The notes beneath the pieces are model-generated. The model was not told the origin of the DNA. It saw only the letters and a program-made list of their open reading frames with translations, and ran no database searches. Shown here piece by piece: positions 16,467 to 26,823 of a stretch of DNA of 53,292 nt. A program made the position numbers and the translations under genes. The stretch's first letter is position 1. The number at the start of each line of letters is the position of its first letter. This DNA is from a virus (lineage: Duplodnaviria > Caudoviricetes): IMG/VR virus record IMGVR_UViG_3300045977_000215, positions 1 to 53,292 of that record; one strand, given 5' to 3'.

Positions 16467-16963
16467 TTACCTACACCGTGCGGACAGCCGGGCCGATCTT
16501 CTCCGGATCACTCGCCCAGCGGTTCGATGCCGAGATACAGGGAGAACTCGCCCAGCTCGGCGCGCTGGGGCAGCGGCTCGTGGTGCAGGGGACACCGCGT
16601 GGCATCGCGGCCGGCGGCGGCGGGTTGGCCGGCTCGATCAGCATGGCGATGCGGGGCACACCGGCCGCGCGGGAGTCCGTCGTGTCGTCGTCGCTCTTCT
16701 ATGCGCCCATAGTCGAGGTCGGCCGGCGACCGGGTCGCAGACCGCCCGTCGAGGCTATCCTCTTGTGGACGCGCCGCAAGCTGTCGGTGCCTGCGCGGGA
16801 TGCTCGGCGCGTCGCGTTCCTCATCGCCCGCAAGATCGGCCGGTCCGGGTTCAGGGGCTCGCACATGTTCCAGCGGGCCGCCGAGCGGATATCGCCGATA
16901 GCGTCAACGCGGTGGGCCGCGCTGGGCGAGCGGCTGGCCCGCCTCGGCAATGGGACGGCCTGA
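16463..16963 (+). CDS. HK97 gp10-like neck/tail completion protein
   Basis: TP.G..GGLAGSI...YAPIVEVGRRPG...IARKIGRSG...MFQRA. Confidence 0.75.
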   Translation: MITYTVRTAGPIFSGSLAQRFDAEIQGELAQLGALGQRLVVQGTPRGIAAGGGGLAGSISMAMRGTPAARESVVSSSLFYAPIVEVGRRPGRRPPVEAILLWTRRKLSVPARDARRVAFLIARKIGRSGFRGSHMFQRAAERISPIASTRWAALGERLARLGNGTA

Positions 16964-17463
16964 TGGCCCTGGCGGATATCCGGGCGGCGGTGAAGGCGCG
17001 CATCGAGGCGGTGCCTGACGTCGGGAAAGTCTGGCCCTATGAGCCGCACGTCACGCGGACCGAGGACCGGGAGACGTACTTCGTCTCGCATAACGAAATC
17101 CGCGCCTGGACTATTACCCGGGAGTCGACCCAGGAGATGGATACCGGCCCGCGGACCCACGATGACGCCATGGCGGCCGTGAACTTGGCGACGCATGGCC
17201 TCGTGCTCCGGCACTACCGCTCGATGAACGGGCATGCGGCCAGCGAGGAGGCGTTTCAGGACGCCATCGAGGCCGTCCGCGATGTGCTCCGCTACGAAGA
17301 GCGGAGCCTGCTCGGGCTGCCGTCGGTCCACACGTGCGGTCCGCCGTCGGTCCGGATCGCCGAGGCGAGGATGCTCGGGATTGCCGGCGCCGGGGATGCC
17401 CTCGTGCATTACGCCGAGGTGTATCTGCCGGTCGTAGAGTCGGTGAGCCCGCCGTGGCCATGA
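16963..17463 (+). CDS. Putative tail terminator
   Basis: MALADIRAAVKARIEAV start; position in neck module. Confidence 0.6.
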   Translation: MALADIRAAVKARIEAVPDVGKVWPYEPHVTRTEDRETYFVSHNEIRAWTITRESTQEMDTGPRTHDDAMAAVNLATHGLVLRHYRSMNGHAASEEAFQDAIEAVRDVLRYEERSLLGLPSVHTCGPPSVRIAEARMLGIAGAGDALVHYAEVYLPVVESVSPPWP

Positions 17464-17708
17464 AGGACACCCTGCGCATCCGGCGTGACGGCTGCCAGGT
17501 GCATGTGACCCTCAAGGGCCGCATCCAGGCCGTGCCCTTTCCGCGCCTGCCGCGGATCGAGGCCGCGGGCACGGTCATCGGCGACCTCGTGGATGTGGAC
17601 TTGCGACTGACGGCCGACGAGGCGTGGAAGGCCGGCGAGATGTTGCAGGAACTGGCTCGACAAGCGGAGCGCTATACCCGCGACCTGGTCGCGACACCGG
17701 GCGCGTGA
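17460..17708 (+). CDS. Hypothetical protein
   Basis: ATGA overlap with upstream gene. Confidence 0.55.
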   Translation: MKDTLRIRRDGCQVHVTLKGRIQAVPFPRLPRIEAAGTVIGDLVDVDLRLTADEAWKAGEMLQELARQAERYTRDLVATPGA

Positions 17709-17720
17709 GGAGGGGATGAG

Positions 17721-18230
17721 ATGAATGTCACGGGCTCGGTGTCCATCGTTGTCGATCTGGTCGCGAGCAAGACCATCGCGACGGGGCTCACGCCGTCCGT
17801 CCCGGTGCGCAAGACCTTCAGTTGGCCCATCACCAACGGCACCGGCGCCGACCAGGCGAACGAACTCTATGTGGCCGAGCGGACGGTGCCCACCGGCGCG
17901 ACGGACTCGCTCGACTTCTCGGGGACCTTAACCGATCTGTTCGGGGATACCTTCGTGCTCGCGAAGCTGAAGATGATCGCCATCAGCAATCGCACGACGA
18001 GCACCACGAACCTCACCATCCAGCGTCCGGCCGGCGCGACCGGCGTGCCGATCTTCGGCGCCGTGAGCGATGCCCTGGCCCCGCTGACGCCGGGCAATGC
18101 GATGTGTGTGTGGTATCGGGCCGCCGCGGGCATTGGCGTGACGACCGGCACGGCTGACATTATCGAAGTCGTGAACTCCGCGGGCGCGTCGAACACCTAC
18201 GACATCATTGCCCTCGGCACGGACGCCTAA
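17721..18230 (+). CDS. Putative virion structural protein
   Basis: Strong RBS; Thr/Gly-rich beta protein (GTGADQAN...LTDLFG). Confidence 0.65.
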   Translation: MNVTGSVSIVVDLVASKTIATGLTPSVPVRKTFSWPITNGTGADQANELYVAERTVPTGATDSLDFSGTLTDLFGDTFVLAKLKMIAISNRTTSTTNLTIQRPAGATGVPIFGAVSDALAPLTPGNAMCVWYRAAAGIGVTTGTADIIEVVNSAGASNTYDIIALGTDA

Positions 18231-18257
18231 GGCTCGGGCGGGGAGGGAGACCAGACC

Positions 18258-18680
18258 ATGCCAGCGTCACTTGCAAAAGGCACCGTTGTCCAGACGGAGA
18301 CCACGGAAGGCAGCGGCATCTACACGACGATCCCGCTGCAGACGAATCTCCAGGGGCCGCAGTTGACCTCGACCGAGCACAACGTGTCCTCGCATGACAC
18401 GGTGGGCCTCGTGATGGAATTCCTCGGCGGCATGATCGACCCCGGCTCGATGACATTTTCCATCTGGGAAGACGTCTCGCTCGCGGCCCATCGCCAACTC
18501 GTCGCCGACAAGCTGTCTCTGGTCCAGAGGAATAACAAGAAGCTCTGGCCGAACGGGTACTTTCAGACGCTCCGGTCATATGTCCGGGATTACAACCCGA
18601 CGCACGGTGTCGACGCGCCGCACACCGCGCAAGTGCAGCTCCGCTGCACCGGGTTGCCTGGCGTGATCACTGCGCCGTAA
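18258..18680 (+). CDS. Tail tube protein (siphovirus type)
   Basis: VSSHD...EFLGGMIDPGSMTF...LRCTGLP pattern; upstream of chaperone and TMP. Confidence 0.8.
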   Translation: MPASLAKGTVVQTETTEGSGIYTTIPLQTNLQGPQLTSTEHNVSSHDTVGLVMEFLGGMIDPGSMTFSIWEDVSLAAHRQLVADKLSLVQRNNKKLWPNGYFQTLRSYVRDYNPTHGVDAPHTAQVQLRCTGLPGVITAP

Positions 18681-18828
18681 AGCGATTCACCCGCGGCCTT
18701 CCCGGCGTCGGCCCTCCCTCCCGGGGGCTGCCCGCGAGTGGCCGAATAGCGCGGCACCGGGAGCGGCTGGCCGCGGAACCGACTACCCGGGCCCCGGCAG
18801 CGGGTCCGGCCGAAGGGGGAGATGAGCG

Positions 18829-19269
18829 ATGAACCTTGTGCCGACCACCGTCCTGCTGGATCGCGAGCGCGAGCTGCGCTTCGACTACGACGCGATTGAT
18901 TCTCTGTCGAGCCTCCCGCGGGTGACGCGCGACGGGATGTCGCCGTTGGAAATCTGGGGCCAGGCCAACGGATTTCAGACGCAGGCGATGGCCATGATGT
19001 TGTGGGCCGGGTGCCGTCACGCCGACAAGAATCTCACCCTCGACGACATGCGCCGTATCCTGCGCTCCGCGCTGAAGGGTGGGCGCACCACGCACAAGGA
19101 GCTGAACGGCAAACTCAATGCCGCGATGAACCAGTCGGGCGTGCTCGGCATCTTCAACCCGGCGCTCTCGCCCGATGCGGATGACGCGGATGAGGAAAAC
19201 CCTACTCCAGCGCCGGCGATGACGCCGATCGCGTCGAGCTCTGGCGACAGCAGGCCGCACGGCGAATAG
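18829..19269 (+). CDS. Tail assembly chaperone (gpG-like)
   Basis: LDRERELRFDYDAI...MLWAG..H; position between tube and TMP. Confidence 0.8.
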   Translation: MNLVPTTVLLDRERELRFDYDAIDSLSSLPRVTRDGMSPLEIWGQANGFQTQAMAMMLWAGCRHADKNLTLDDMRRILRSALKGGRTTHKELNGKLNAAMNQSGVLGIFNPALSPDADDADEENPTPAPAMTPIASSSGDSRPHGE

Positions 19270-19652
19270 CCGAGACACGCCGTGTCGCCATCCGCCTCCT
19301 CGGCATCTCACACCGCAAGTTCGGGCGGTGTACGCCCATCGAGATCGAGGAGCGCATCGAGGGCGCGAAGTGGCGCCTACAACTCCGCTACGACCTCGCG
19401 GCATGGGGAGTCCTGCAGGCATTGGCCAAGCATGAGGGGGGACGCATCGCCCTCAGAGACCTGCTGGGGCGTGAGCCGATCGACTTGGACCCGCGCATCA
19501 AGCCTGTGCGGGAAGGGCCGACGCGAGAAGAAATAGAGATGTTCGAAAAGGCCGGTAGCCCAGGCGGGGTGATGACCGAGGAAGAGATCGCGACTGCGTA
19601 TGACGAGCTGATCCCGCCGTCGCATCGGCATCTGTTCGCGCTGGAGTCCTGA
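19194..19652 (+). CDS. Tail assembly chaperone extension (gpT-like) reached by -1 frameshift
   Basis: Slippery GGAAAACCCT at 19194-19203; -1 frame is open from there to 19652 and reads LLGISHRKFGRCTPIEIEERIEG. Confidence 0.75.
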   Translation, partial: GKPYSSAGDDADRVELWRQQAARRIAETRRVAIRLLGISHRKFGRCTPIEIEERIEGAKWRLQLRYDLAAWGVLQALAKHEGGRIALRDLLGREPIDLDPRIKPVREGPTREEIEMFEKAGSPGGVMTEEEIATAYDELIPPSHRHLFALES

Positions 19653-22600
19653 TGGCCACTACCGCGAACACGGTCGAGCTTCGGATCGTCGCGAGCGGTG
19701 CCGACCAGGCCGCGCGCCAGCTCCAGGGTGTTGCCGCCGCCGGAGCCCATGTTGGCACGGTCACCACGTCGGGCGCGTCTCAGGCGTCCGCCGCCCTCAA
19801 CGGGCTGAGCGGTTCCCTGAAAGGGGTGCAGGGCGCCGCCGCTAACGTCAGCACGGCGATGCAGACGGCCGGCCTCAACACCGGCATGCTGGGCCAATCA
19901 CTCGCCGCGCTCGCGACGCCGCTGGGCGCCGTAGCTGTTGCGCTCGGTGCGGTGGCCAGCGCAGCGATAGCTGGCGTCCGCGCTATGTCGACCAACGCCG
20001 ACGAAGTCAAGCGCCTCGTGGCCGTGTCCGGGCTCAGCGCGGAGGCGGCCGACAATCTGGCCGATACGTTCCAGCTCCTCGGCAAGGACAGCACGGCCCT
20101 CACGAACGCGATGTTCAAAATGGGCACCGAGATCGACGGCGGCGGGAAGGCGCTGGCGAAGCTCGGCGTCAATCTCCAAGACAGTAGCGGGGCGCTCAAG
20201 AGCGAAGGCGAATTGTTCCTCGAAGTGCGCGACCGCATCTCGGAGATGGGCAGCGCAAGTGAGCGGAGCGCCGCGCTGACGCAACTCTTCGGGCGCGCCG
20301 GTCGTGAGTTGGCCGACGTCATGTCCCTCTCGCGTGAGGAATTCCGGCGCGTCGCCGAGCAAGCAGGCGCGTACAGCGAGTGGAACGAGACGCTGCAAGC
20401 TCAGACGGTGGAATACCAGCGCGCGCTCGCGGCGCTCGGTCTCCAGTTCGACGCCTTGGCGCAGACGATCGGGCGGACGGTGATTCCGCCGCTGACGGAG
20501 TTCCTCCGGTACCTCTCGGAGGTGATCGCCAAGTCCAAGGACCCGATCGACTTCGTCATTCGGTTCACGTTCGGCGCGAACCCGTTGACGGAAATATCGT
20601 CGGCCATCCGAGCCCAGATCGACGCGGTGGGCGAGGCGCTGTTCCCGACGATTCGCGCCAAGATTCGCGCGCAGATCAAGGCCGAGATGGACGCGGCCGG
20701 CGAGTTCGCGCGGGAACTGGCGCGCGGCGAGTCGATGTCGACCATGGGCGCGACGGCGCAGCGGACGCCGTTTGTGCCCAAGGTCGACGACCAGGCGATG
20801 AAGCGCGCGGCCGCAGAAGCGGAGAAACTCGCTAAGCAAATTCGCGACATCGACGAGGCGCTGCGCGAGGCATCAACGGGATTTGATGCCGCCGTGCTGG
20901 AGGCCGGCTGGCAGCGCGTCGAGTCTGGCCTGGAGAAAGCCTACCAGCAGGCCGCCGAGATAGACGCCCTGCTCGCATCGATCCCGGCCGACTTCGATGC
21001 GGCAATGCTGGAAGCCAAGTGGGCGCGCGTCGAGGCAGGGATGGAGCGCGCCGTAGCACAGGCGCAGGCCATCGACGCGGCGCTCGCCGCGATCACAGAC
21101 GACTTTGACGCTGAGGTCCTGGAGGCGGGCTGGCGCCGACAGGAGGCCGCGCTCGACAAGGCGGCATCGCGCTCCGAAGAGTACGCGACATCGCTCGCGA
21201 TCATCGGCGCGCAGGCGCAGATTCTCGGACGAGACTTTGATGCGACGGGTGCGCGCATCTCGATCCTGCAAGGGCACCTCAACGCGCTCCTGTCGGCGAG
21301 CCGCGGTGAGATCACGCCGGCTATCGCGGAGCTGGGCGCGACGATACGCATGGAACTCGCCGACCAGTCCCTCTACCAGTCCATCGAGCAGGGCTTTCTC
21401 TCCATCACCGACACGTTCTCGAAGATGGCGACGGGGCTGATTCAGGGCACGCTGGATATCGCGGACGCGTTCAAGAATCTCGGCCAGTCGCTGCTCATCA
21501 ACTTCGTCAACGTCGTCCTCCACGAAGTCTTCGATCCGATCCTGAAAGCCGCCGCGTCCTTCGTCTCCGACCTGCTCGGCATGTTGCTGGGTCGCCAGAG
21601 CACCGGCGCCGCGGGCGGCCTGCTCGACGCGATCGTCGGCGCGTTCTCGGGCGCAGGCGGATTGGGCGCGAGCACGGGCGGCGGCACCATCAACCCCGAA
21701 CTGCTCGGCGCGGGTGCGACTGGCACCGGCGGCGGCTTCGGCATGGTCGCTGACGTCGGTGGTTACCTGGCCACGGCGTACTCTGCTGCCGCGTGGGCGC
21801 TCGATAAGTTGGGCATCGCGAAACTGCCGTCCATCCTGGACCTCGTTGGCAAAGGGCTTACCTATGTAGGGGAAGCTGCCGGGCTGATTACACCGGCGGC
21901 CACGGCTGCGTCGGCTGAATTCGCAACGCTGGCAACGTCACTCGGGCTGGCCGGTACAGCCGCGGCGGCCGCCGGAGCAGCGGCGGTATCCATGAGCGGC
22001 GGCGTGGTGGGGCTCACGTCTGCGGTCGGCGCCTTCGGTCCTATCGCCACGACCACGGCCGAGGCGATCATCGTTGGCGGCGGCGCGTTCGGTGCCACCG
22101 CCGGAGGCACGGTCGGGAGCGCGGCGACCGGCGCCGCAGCATCGGGAGGCATCGCGGGCGGCAGTCTCGCGGTGATGGGCGCGGGCTTTGTGCTCGGGCT
22201 GCCGTTCATCCTCAAAATGCTGCAAGACTTCGGGGTGCTCGGCCGCAGTCACGCTGACGTCCTGCACGAGAGATTCCAGGGGGCTCGGGCGGCGCAAGGT
22301 GTGCTGATCGATGTCAACGCGGCGCTGCCGGACCTGACGCTGCAGAAGGCGCAGACCGATGCGAGCGTCCGCGGCAATCTGGCCTTGCTGGGGAGTTTCG
22401 CGACCTTCTGGCGCGATACCGCCAAGGCTGAGCTTGAGGCGGGCATGGGTGGCGCCGGTCAGGAGTGGCGCCTGGCGCTCTCCAACAAATTCATCGAGCA
22501 GCTCGGCGAGCTGGATATCGCGGCGGACTGGAAAGCCGCGATGGATTTAGGCCGAGAGAACACGGGGATCGGCCTGCTCCACGGCACCGTGCCGTTTCAG

Positions 22601-25063
22601 GACGTGGGCGCATGGGAGAAAGTGCTGGAAGCGTACTCCGACGTCTTGGCCGTCCTGCTCGCCAGCGCCGACGTCGAGCGAAGGCGCGCGGAGGAGATCG
22701 AACGGTTCAACCGCGAGGTCAGGCCCGGTCTGATCGCGGACCTCCTTGGCGATCCCGTCCAGATCGCGCTCCTGCTCGACCTGCCCGCCCTCGCGCAGGA
22801 AGGCGAGGAGACGGCCGACACCATGACGCGCATGGTCGTCGCGCTGGACGGCATCGGCCAGGCGATGGACATGCTCGGCGTCCGCGCCGCCCAGCTTCGC
22901 GGCGACCTCGATATCCCGGCGCAACTGGTCGAGCGTCTCGCGGAGATCGACAAGGCGATCGACATCGCCAACGTTGCGCCCGTCACGACACAAGACCCGG
23001 CGAAGATGAACGCCGCGATCCAGGACCTCATCACCCTGGAGGAGCAGCGTCTGGCGCTGATCCTGGAGACCACCGCCGCGCTCCGGTCCCAGATGCAGGC
23101 GCAGGCCGCGTCGCTCTCTAGCGGATTCGTCGCGCTGGCGCAGGCCGCACCGGTGCTCAATGACCTTGGTATCGCCGTCTACAACATGACGTATGCGCTC
23201 GGCGACGTCATCAACATCCTCGGCGAGGTGGGCGATGCCGCGGGCCAGCTCGCCACCGTCGGGAGTCAGGTGGCGGCGTTCGCCGCCGAGATCAGCGGCG
23301 CCGACCCGGCCGTGATCCTGGGGAGTGCCCGGGCTCTGGCCGCTGGCCTCAGCGCCACGGCGGCCAGTGTCAACGCGCTGGAGGATGCCCAGCAGCGCAT
23401 GGCCGGTCTGACGCAACTCCTCGGCGCCCTGACGACGGGCTACCAGGAGGCGACCGCAGCCCTGGCCGCCCACTTCGCCGAGCTCCAGGCGCAGGAGGAA
23501 GCCCTCCACGCCTCCAGGATCGACGCTCTGCAGTCGGAGGTCGATGCGGCCACCCGGATCGTCGAGGCGTACTACGGCTCCCAGAGGGACGCCCTGACGG
23601 CGCTCCTGGCGACCTCTCGCCAGTTCTCGGAGTCCGCTCGACGCGTCCGGGATCAGATACTCGGCATCCAGCTCGCGCCTACCACGTCGGCGCTCAACCC
23701 GGCGGATCGACTCGATGTGGCCCTGACCGAGCTAGGCGCCGCCTTCGCCAAGTTCCAGGCGACGCCGACCGCTGAGTTGGCCGACCGTGTCGGCGAGCGC
23801 GTGGGGCAAGCCCTGACGGCCGCCGGCGAGGTGTTCTCGCGGCCCTCGCCGGCCTTCGCCGCGTTGAGCGGTGACATGATCTCGATTCTGGAGACGGTGG
23901 CGGCGACCGCGGAAGCGCGCGTCGTCCCCGAGGAGGCGTCGCGGATTCTGCTGGCGTCGATCGACGCCTCGGAGACGGCCGCCCTGATCGAGCTGGGCGC
24001 GATCAACTCGGCCACGGCCGCCACAGAGGCCTACCTCAAGGGCACCCTCACCAAGGAGAATCTCGACCGGCTGCAAGACCTCGGCATCATCTCGCTGGCC
24101 CAGAAGGAGATCGCGACGGCGCTGGGTTCGCCGCTGACCGTCGAGACCGGTCTCAAGGAAATCCTCTCGGGCCTTGGGCTCTCACCCGAGACGGAGCAGT
24201 CGCTCAACGCCATCGCCGGCGTAGTGGCGGCCGGCAGTAGCGCGGCGCAGGCGATCAAAGACCTGAACACCGACCACGCCGCGAAGCTCGACGCCATCGC
24301 TGAGGCTGAGGCCGCGTGGGGCGCAGTGCTCAACCTGGAGCTAGCCAACATCGCGGGTCAGATCGTCGGCACGACAGCCGAGGTGCTCGATGTCGCCACC
24401 GAGGTAGGCGTAGTCAACTCGACGCTCTGGCACATCAGCACCCAGACGAACGGCATCTGGGGCGCGGCCAATGCCCTGTTGACTGAGCTGGTGACGACGC
24501 GGGCCGACCTCGTGCGCGTCATCGGGACCGCACCGGTCGATCAATTCATGCGCGACAGGGCCAAGGAGACCGCGGATAGCCTGCAGAATCTGCGCGAGTC
24601 GATCCATGGGTCACTCTGGCTGCTCGTCAGCGGACGGCTCGACGCCATCCTCGATCAGGGCGGCCCGCAGGCTGTGGCCGACGCGCTCAAGGGGCCCGCT
24701 GAGCAGACGGCGAGGAACACGTCGCTCATCGCGGCCAACATCTACTGGATGACCCACGCGCTGCGCGGGGGCATTGGCTTGGAACAGGTGGCGCTTCCGC
24801 AAGCCGCCACGGGGATGTGGGACGTCCCGCGCGACCAGGCGGTCTTCGTCCATCGCGGCGAGATGATCAAGCCCGCCGCCGCCGCTGAGTGGGAGCGCCG
24901 CGGGGGCCTGTCCGTCCAGACGGCGTCCGGATCGCGCACTGAGACAGAGCGCTCGGTGAATATCACGCTCAACATCTCCGGCGCGGACGATCCCCGGCGC
25001 GTCGGCGACGAAGTGATCCGTCGACTCCGGCGCGAGCTGGGGTTGTACGGGAAGACGCTCTGA
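19652..25063 (+). CDS. Tape measure protein
   Basis: 1803 aa, Ala-rich helical with hydrophobic mid-segments; C-terminal AATGMWDVP...VHRGEMI. Confidence 0.92.
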   Translation: MATTANTVELRIVASGADQAARQLQGVAAAGAHVGTVTTSGASQASAALNGLSGSLKGVQGAAANVSTAMQTAGLNTGMLGQSLAALATPLGAVAVALGAVASAAIAGVRAMSTNADEVKRLVAVSGLSAEAADNLADTFQLLGKDSTALTNAMFKMGTEIDGGGKALAKLGVNLQDSSGALKSEGELFLEVRDRISEMGSASERSAALTQLFGRAGRELADVMSLSREEFRRVAEQAGAYSEWNETLQAQTVEYQRALAALGLQFDALAQTIGRTVIPPLTEFLRYLSEVIAKSKDPIDFVIRFTFGANPLTEISSAIRAQIDAVGEALFPTIRAKIRAQIKAEMDAAGEFARELARGESMSTMGATAQRTPFVPKVDDQAMKRAAAEAEKLAKQIRDIDEALREASTGFDAAVLEAGWQRVESGLEKAYQQAAEIDALLASIPADFDAAMLEAKWARVEAGMERAVAQAQAIDAALAAITDDFDAEVLEAGWRRQEAALDKAASRSEEYATSLAIIGAQAQILGRDFDATGARISILQGHLNALLSASRGEITPAIAELGATIRMELADQSLYQSIEQGFLSITDTFSKMATGLIQGTLDIADAFKNLGQSLLINFVNVVLHEVFDPILKAAASFVSDLLGMLLGRQSTGAAGGLLDAIVGAFSGAGGLGASTGGGTINPELLGAGATGTGGGFGMVADVGGYLATAYSAAAWALDKLGIAKLPSILDLVGKGLTYVGEAAGLITPAATAASAEFATLATSLGLAGTAAAAAGAAAVSMSGGVVGLTSAVGAFGPIATTTAEAIIVGGGAFGATAGGTVGSAATGAAASGGIAGGSLAVMGAGFVLGLPFILKMLQDFGVLGRSHADVLHERFQGARAAQGVLIDVNAALPDLTLQKAQTDASVRGNLALLGSFATFWRDTAKAELEAGMGGAGQEWRLALSNKFIEQLGELDIAADWKAAMDLGRENTGIGLLHGTVPFQDVGAWEKVLEAYSDVLAVLLASADVERRRAEEIERFNREVRPGLIADLLGDPVQIALLLDLPALAQEGEETADTMTRMVVALDGIGQAMDMLGVRAAQLRGDLDIPAQLVERLAEIDKAIDIANVAPVTTQDPAKMNAAIQDLITLEEQRLALILETTAALRSQMQAQAASLSSGFVALAQAAPVLNDLGIAVYNMTYALGDVINILGEVGDAAGQLATVGSQVAAFAAEISGADPAVILGSARALAAGLSATAASVNALEDAQQRMAGLTQLLGALTTGYQEATAALAAHFAELQAQEEALHASRIDALQSEVDAATRIVEAYYGSQRDALTALLATSRQFSESARRVRDQILGIQLAPTTSALNPADRLDVALTELGAAFAKFQATPTAELADRVGERVGQALTAAGEVFSRPSPAFAALSGDMISILETVAATAEARVVPEEASRILLASIDASETAALIELGAINSATAATEAYLKGTLTKENLDRLQDLGIISLAQKEIATALGSPLTVETGLKEILSGLGLSPETEQSLNAIAGVVAAGSSAAQAIKDLNTDHAAKLDAIAEAEAAWGAVLNLELANIAGQIVGTTAEVLDVATEVGVVNSTLWHISTQTNGIWGAANALLTELVTTRADLVRVIGTAPVDQFMRDRAKETADSLQNLRESIHGSLWLLVSGRLDAILDQGGPQAVADALKGPAEQTARNTSLIAANIYWMTHALRGGIGLEQVALPQAATGMWDVPRDQAVFVHRGEMIKPAAAAEWERRGGLSVQTASGSRTETERSVNITLNISGADDPRRVGDEVIRRLRRELGLYGKTL
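20846..21170 (+). repeat. Three 111-bp (37-aa) repeats in TMP
   Basis: FDA.vLEAgW units start at 20882, 20993 and 21104. Confidence 0.85.
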
Positions 25064-25133
25064 TGATCTGCCCCCATCTGCGGCCAGCCGGCGCGCTTTG
25101 CCGGGGACGCCTAGAGCTGCAGGGACGGAGGCC

Positions 25134-25271
25134 ATGAGACGGCAATCAGGCTGGGGCTATATAGCGATGGAGCATGCCTACTTTGATTGGATCTTCAGCC
25201 CCGAGTATTGGACGGCATGCCCACCGGGCGCATCACCATCGTGGGCGCGCGGTATATGGCGGCTGGGCTAG
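25134..25271 (+). CDS. 45-aa aromatic-rich small ORF
   Basis: GGAGG close before ATG; stop abuts next ATG; below the ORF-track size limit. Confidence 0.4.
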   Translation: MRRQSGWGYIAMEHAYFDWIFSPEYWTACPPGASPSWARGIWRLG

Positions 25272-26084
25272 ATGGCGAGCCAGTCTTACATCTCCTTCTC
25301 CAACCTCGCGAAGACGGCGACGATCACCGTCTCGTCGGAAGCCAGCGGCTATCCCAAGGCCAACCTCCAGGAGCCGGAACTCCTCGGCCTGCCCTGGCGC
25401 GCCACGGTGGCCACGGACTCGTGGATCGTGATCGACCTCGGCAGCGCAATTCCCTTCGATCGCCTGTCGCTGATCGGCGCCAACGTCACCAGCGTCAAGA
25501 TTCAGCAACACACCTCCGACTCGTGGGGCGCGCCCGCGTACGACTCCGGCACGCTGACCATCGGCCGCGATCCCGACCAGCGGCTCTATCGCCTGACGGT
25601 GGCGAGCGGCGGAAATTTCACGCGCCGGTTCACGCGCATCGTCATCCCGACGCAAACGCCGGTGAGCGGCTCCACGTTTGAGCTAGCGGGCATCCACCTC
25701 GGAAATTTCACCACTATCCCGCACGGCATCGCCGTCTTCCCAGGCTATCGCGCCGCCCGCGCCAGACCCTTCGTCTCGCACCGGGCGCAGCTCGGCGGGT
25801 GGAGCGTGGCGTACCCGAGCGGCGACACCTTCTCGACGCCGCGCTATTCCAGGTTTGCCGCGAAGAGCACCACGACGCCAGGCATCGGCGACGAGTACGC
25901 GTCGTGGCTCGCGATCGACCGCCAGATCGACGCGGCGCCCAAGGGCATCTTCTGCCTCGCGCTGCCCTGGCTCGGCCCGGGCGCCGTGGGGATGTTCCGC
26001 CAGGTGAATGACCACGACTGGCAGGACGACGGCGCCACGGTCATGCGAGACGCCTGGGACCTCGACGAAGCGAGTGTCGGCTGA
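25272..26084 (+). CDS. Putative distal tail protein
   Basis: First long gene after TMP; discoidin-like W..IDLGS motif. Confidence 0.55.
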   Translation: MASQSYISFSNLAKTATITVSSEASGYPKANLQEPELLGLPWRATVATDSWIVIDLGSAIPFDRLSLIGANVTSVKIQQHTSDSWGAPAYDSGTLTIGRDPDQRLYRLTVASGGNFTRRFTRIVIPTQTPVSGSTFELAGIHLGNFTTIPHGIAVFPGYRAARARPFVSHRAQLGGWSVAYPSGDTFSTPRYSRFAAKSTTTPGIGDEYASWLAIDRQIDAAPKGIFCLALPWLGPGAVGMFRQVNDHDWQDDGATVMRDAWDLDEASVG

Positions 26085-26809
26085 TGGCCATCTTCACCTT
26101 CGTCCGGCGACACCTGGCCATCTTCGGGTTCTCGCCGACCGCACCCGGAGAACCCGACGACCTCAACGGGCACATGCTGGAGGACGGCCTCGGCAAGGAT
26201 TACTGGGGGCAAATCTACCTGGACTCCGAGGCCACGAATGAGGCGTTGAGCAATGATGGCCGCGCGTGGACCAACTGCCCGCTGCGGTACTCGCTGATCG
26301 CGAGCTCGGCCGCGATCGCCAACACCACCACGCCGTCGTACTTCAGCAAGACGATCACCATTCCGGCGCCGTCGGCCAACTTCCTCGGGATCAACGTCGC
26401 GGGGACGATGGTGCGCGTGACCGCGATGGGATCGATGGGGACGAAGGCGTCGTCGCCGGGCGGTCTTGTCAACGCGGGCATCTACCGCCCGACGGGGAAC
26501 CTGGTGTTTGGCGAAGCGGGCGCCGTCCCGGCATTCGCGGGGGGCCTGGGCGGCGCCGGGTGGGCGATCCAGTCGATTAGTACAGTGCGGACCACGGGGG
26601 CGAGCGGTACGATGTCGCGGGGTGCGCTGTCGAGTTTCCCCGGCGTCGTGGGAACCTGTCAGGCCGCAGGCACGCTCACCACGATCGACATGACGGCCGC
26701 CATCGAGATCGGCGTGGCGTGGGCCTGGGCGACGGCCGACGTCGCGAACACCGCGACGCTCACGCAACTCCTGGTCGAGATCGCCTACCCAGGATCGACG
26801 GTGAGCTGA
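26084..26809 (+). CDS. Putative tail/virion protein
   Basis: TGATG coupling; Gly/Thr/Ala-rich beta composition. Confidence 0.6.
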   Translation: MAIFTFVRRHLAIFGFSPTAPGEPDDLNGHMLEDGLGKDYWGQIYLDSEATNEALSNDGRAWTNCPLRYSLIASSAAIANTTTPSYFSKTITIPAPSANFLGINVAGTMVRVTAMGSMGTKASSPGGLVNAGIYRPTGNLVFGEAGAVPAFAGGLGGAGWAIQSISTVRTTGASGTMSRGALSSFPGVVGTCQAAGTLTTIDMTAAIEIGVAWAWATADVANTATLTQLLVEIAYPGSTVS

Positions 26810-26823
26810 GAAAGGAATAGCCC

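Noticed and set aside
20846-21170. CRISPR-like array
   Set aside because: Degenerate in-frame protein repeats of the tape measure, with no unique spacers
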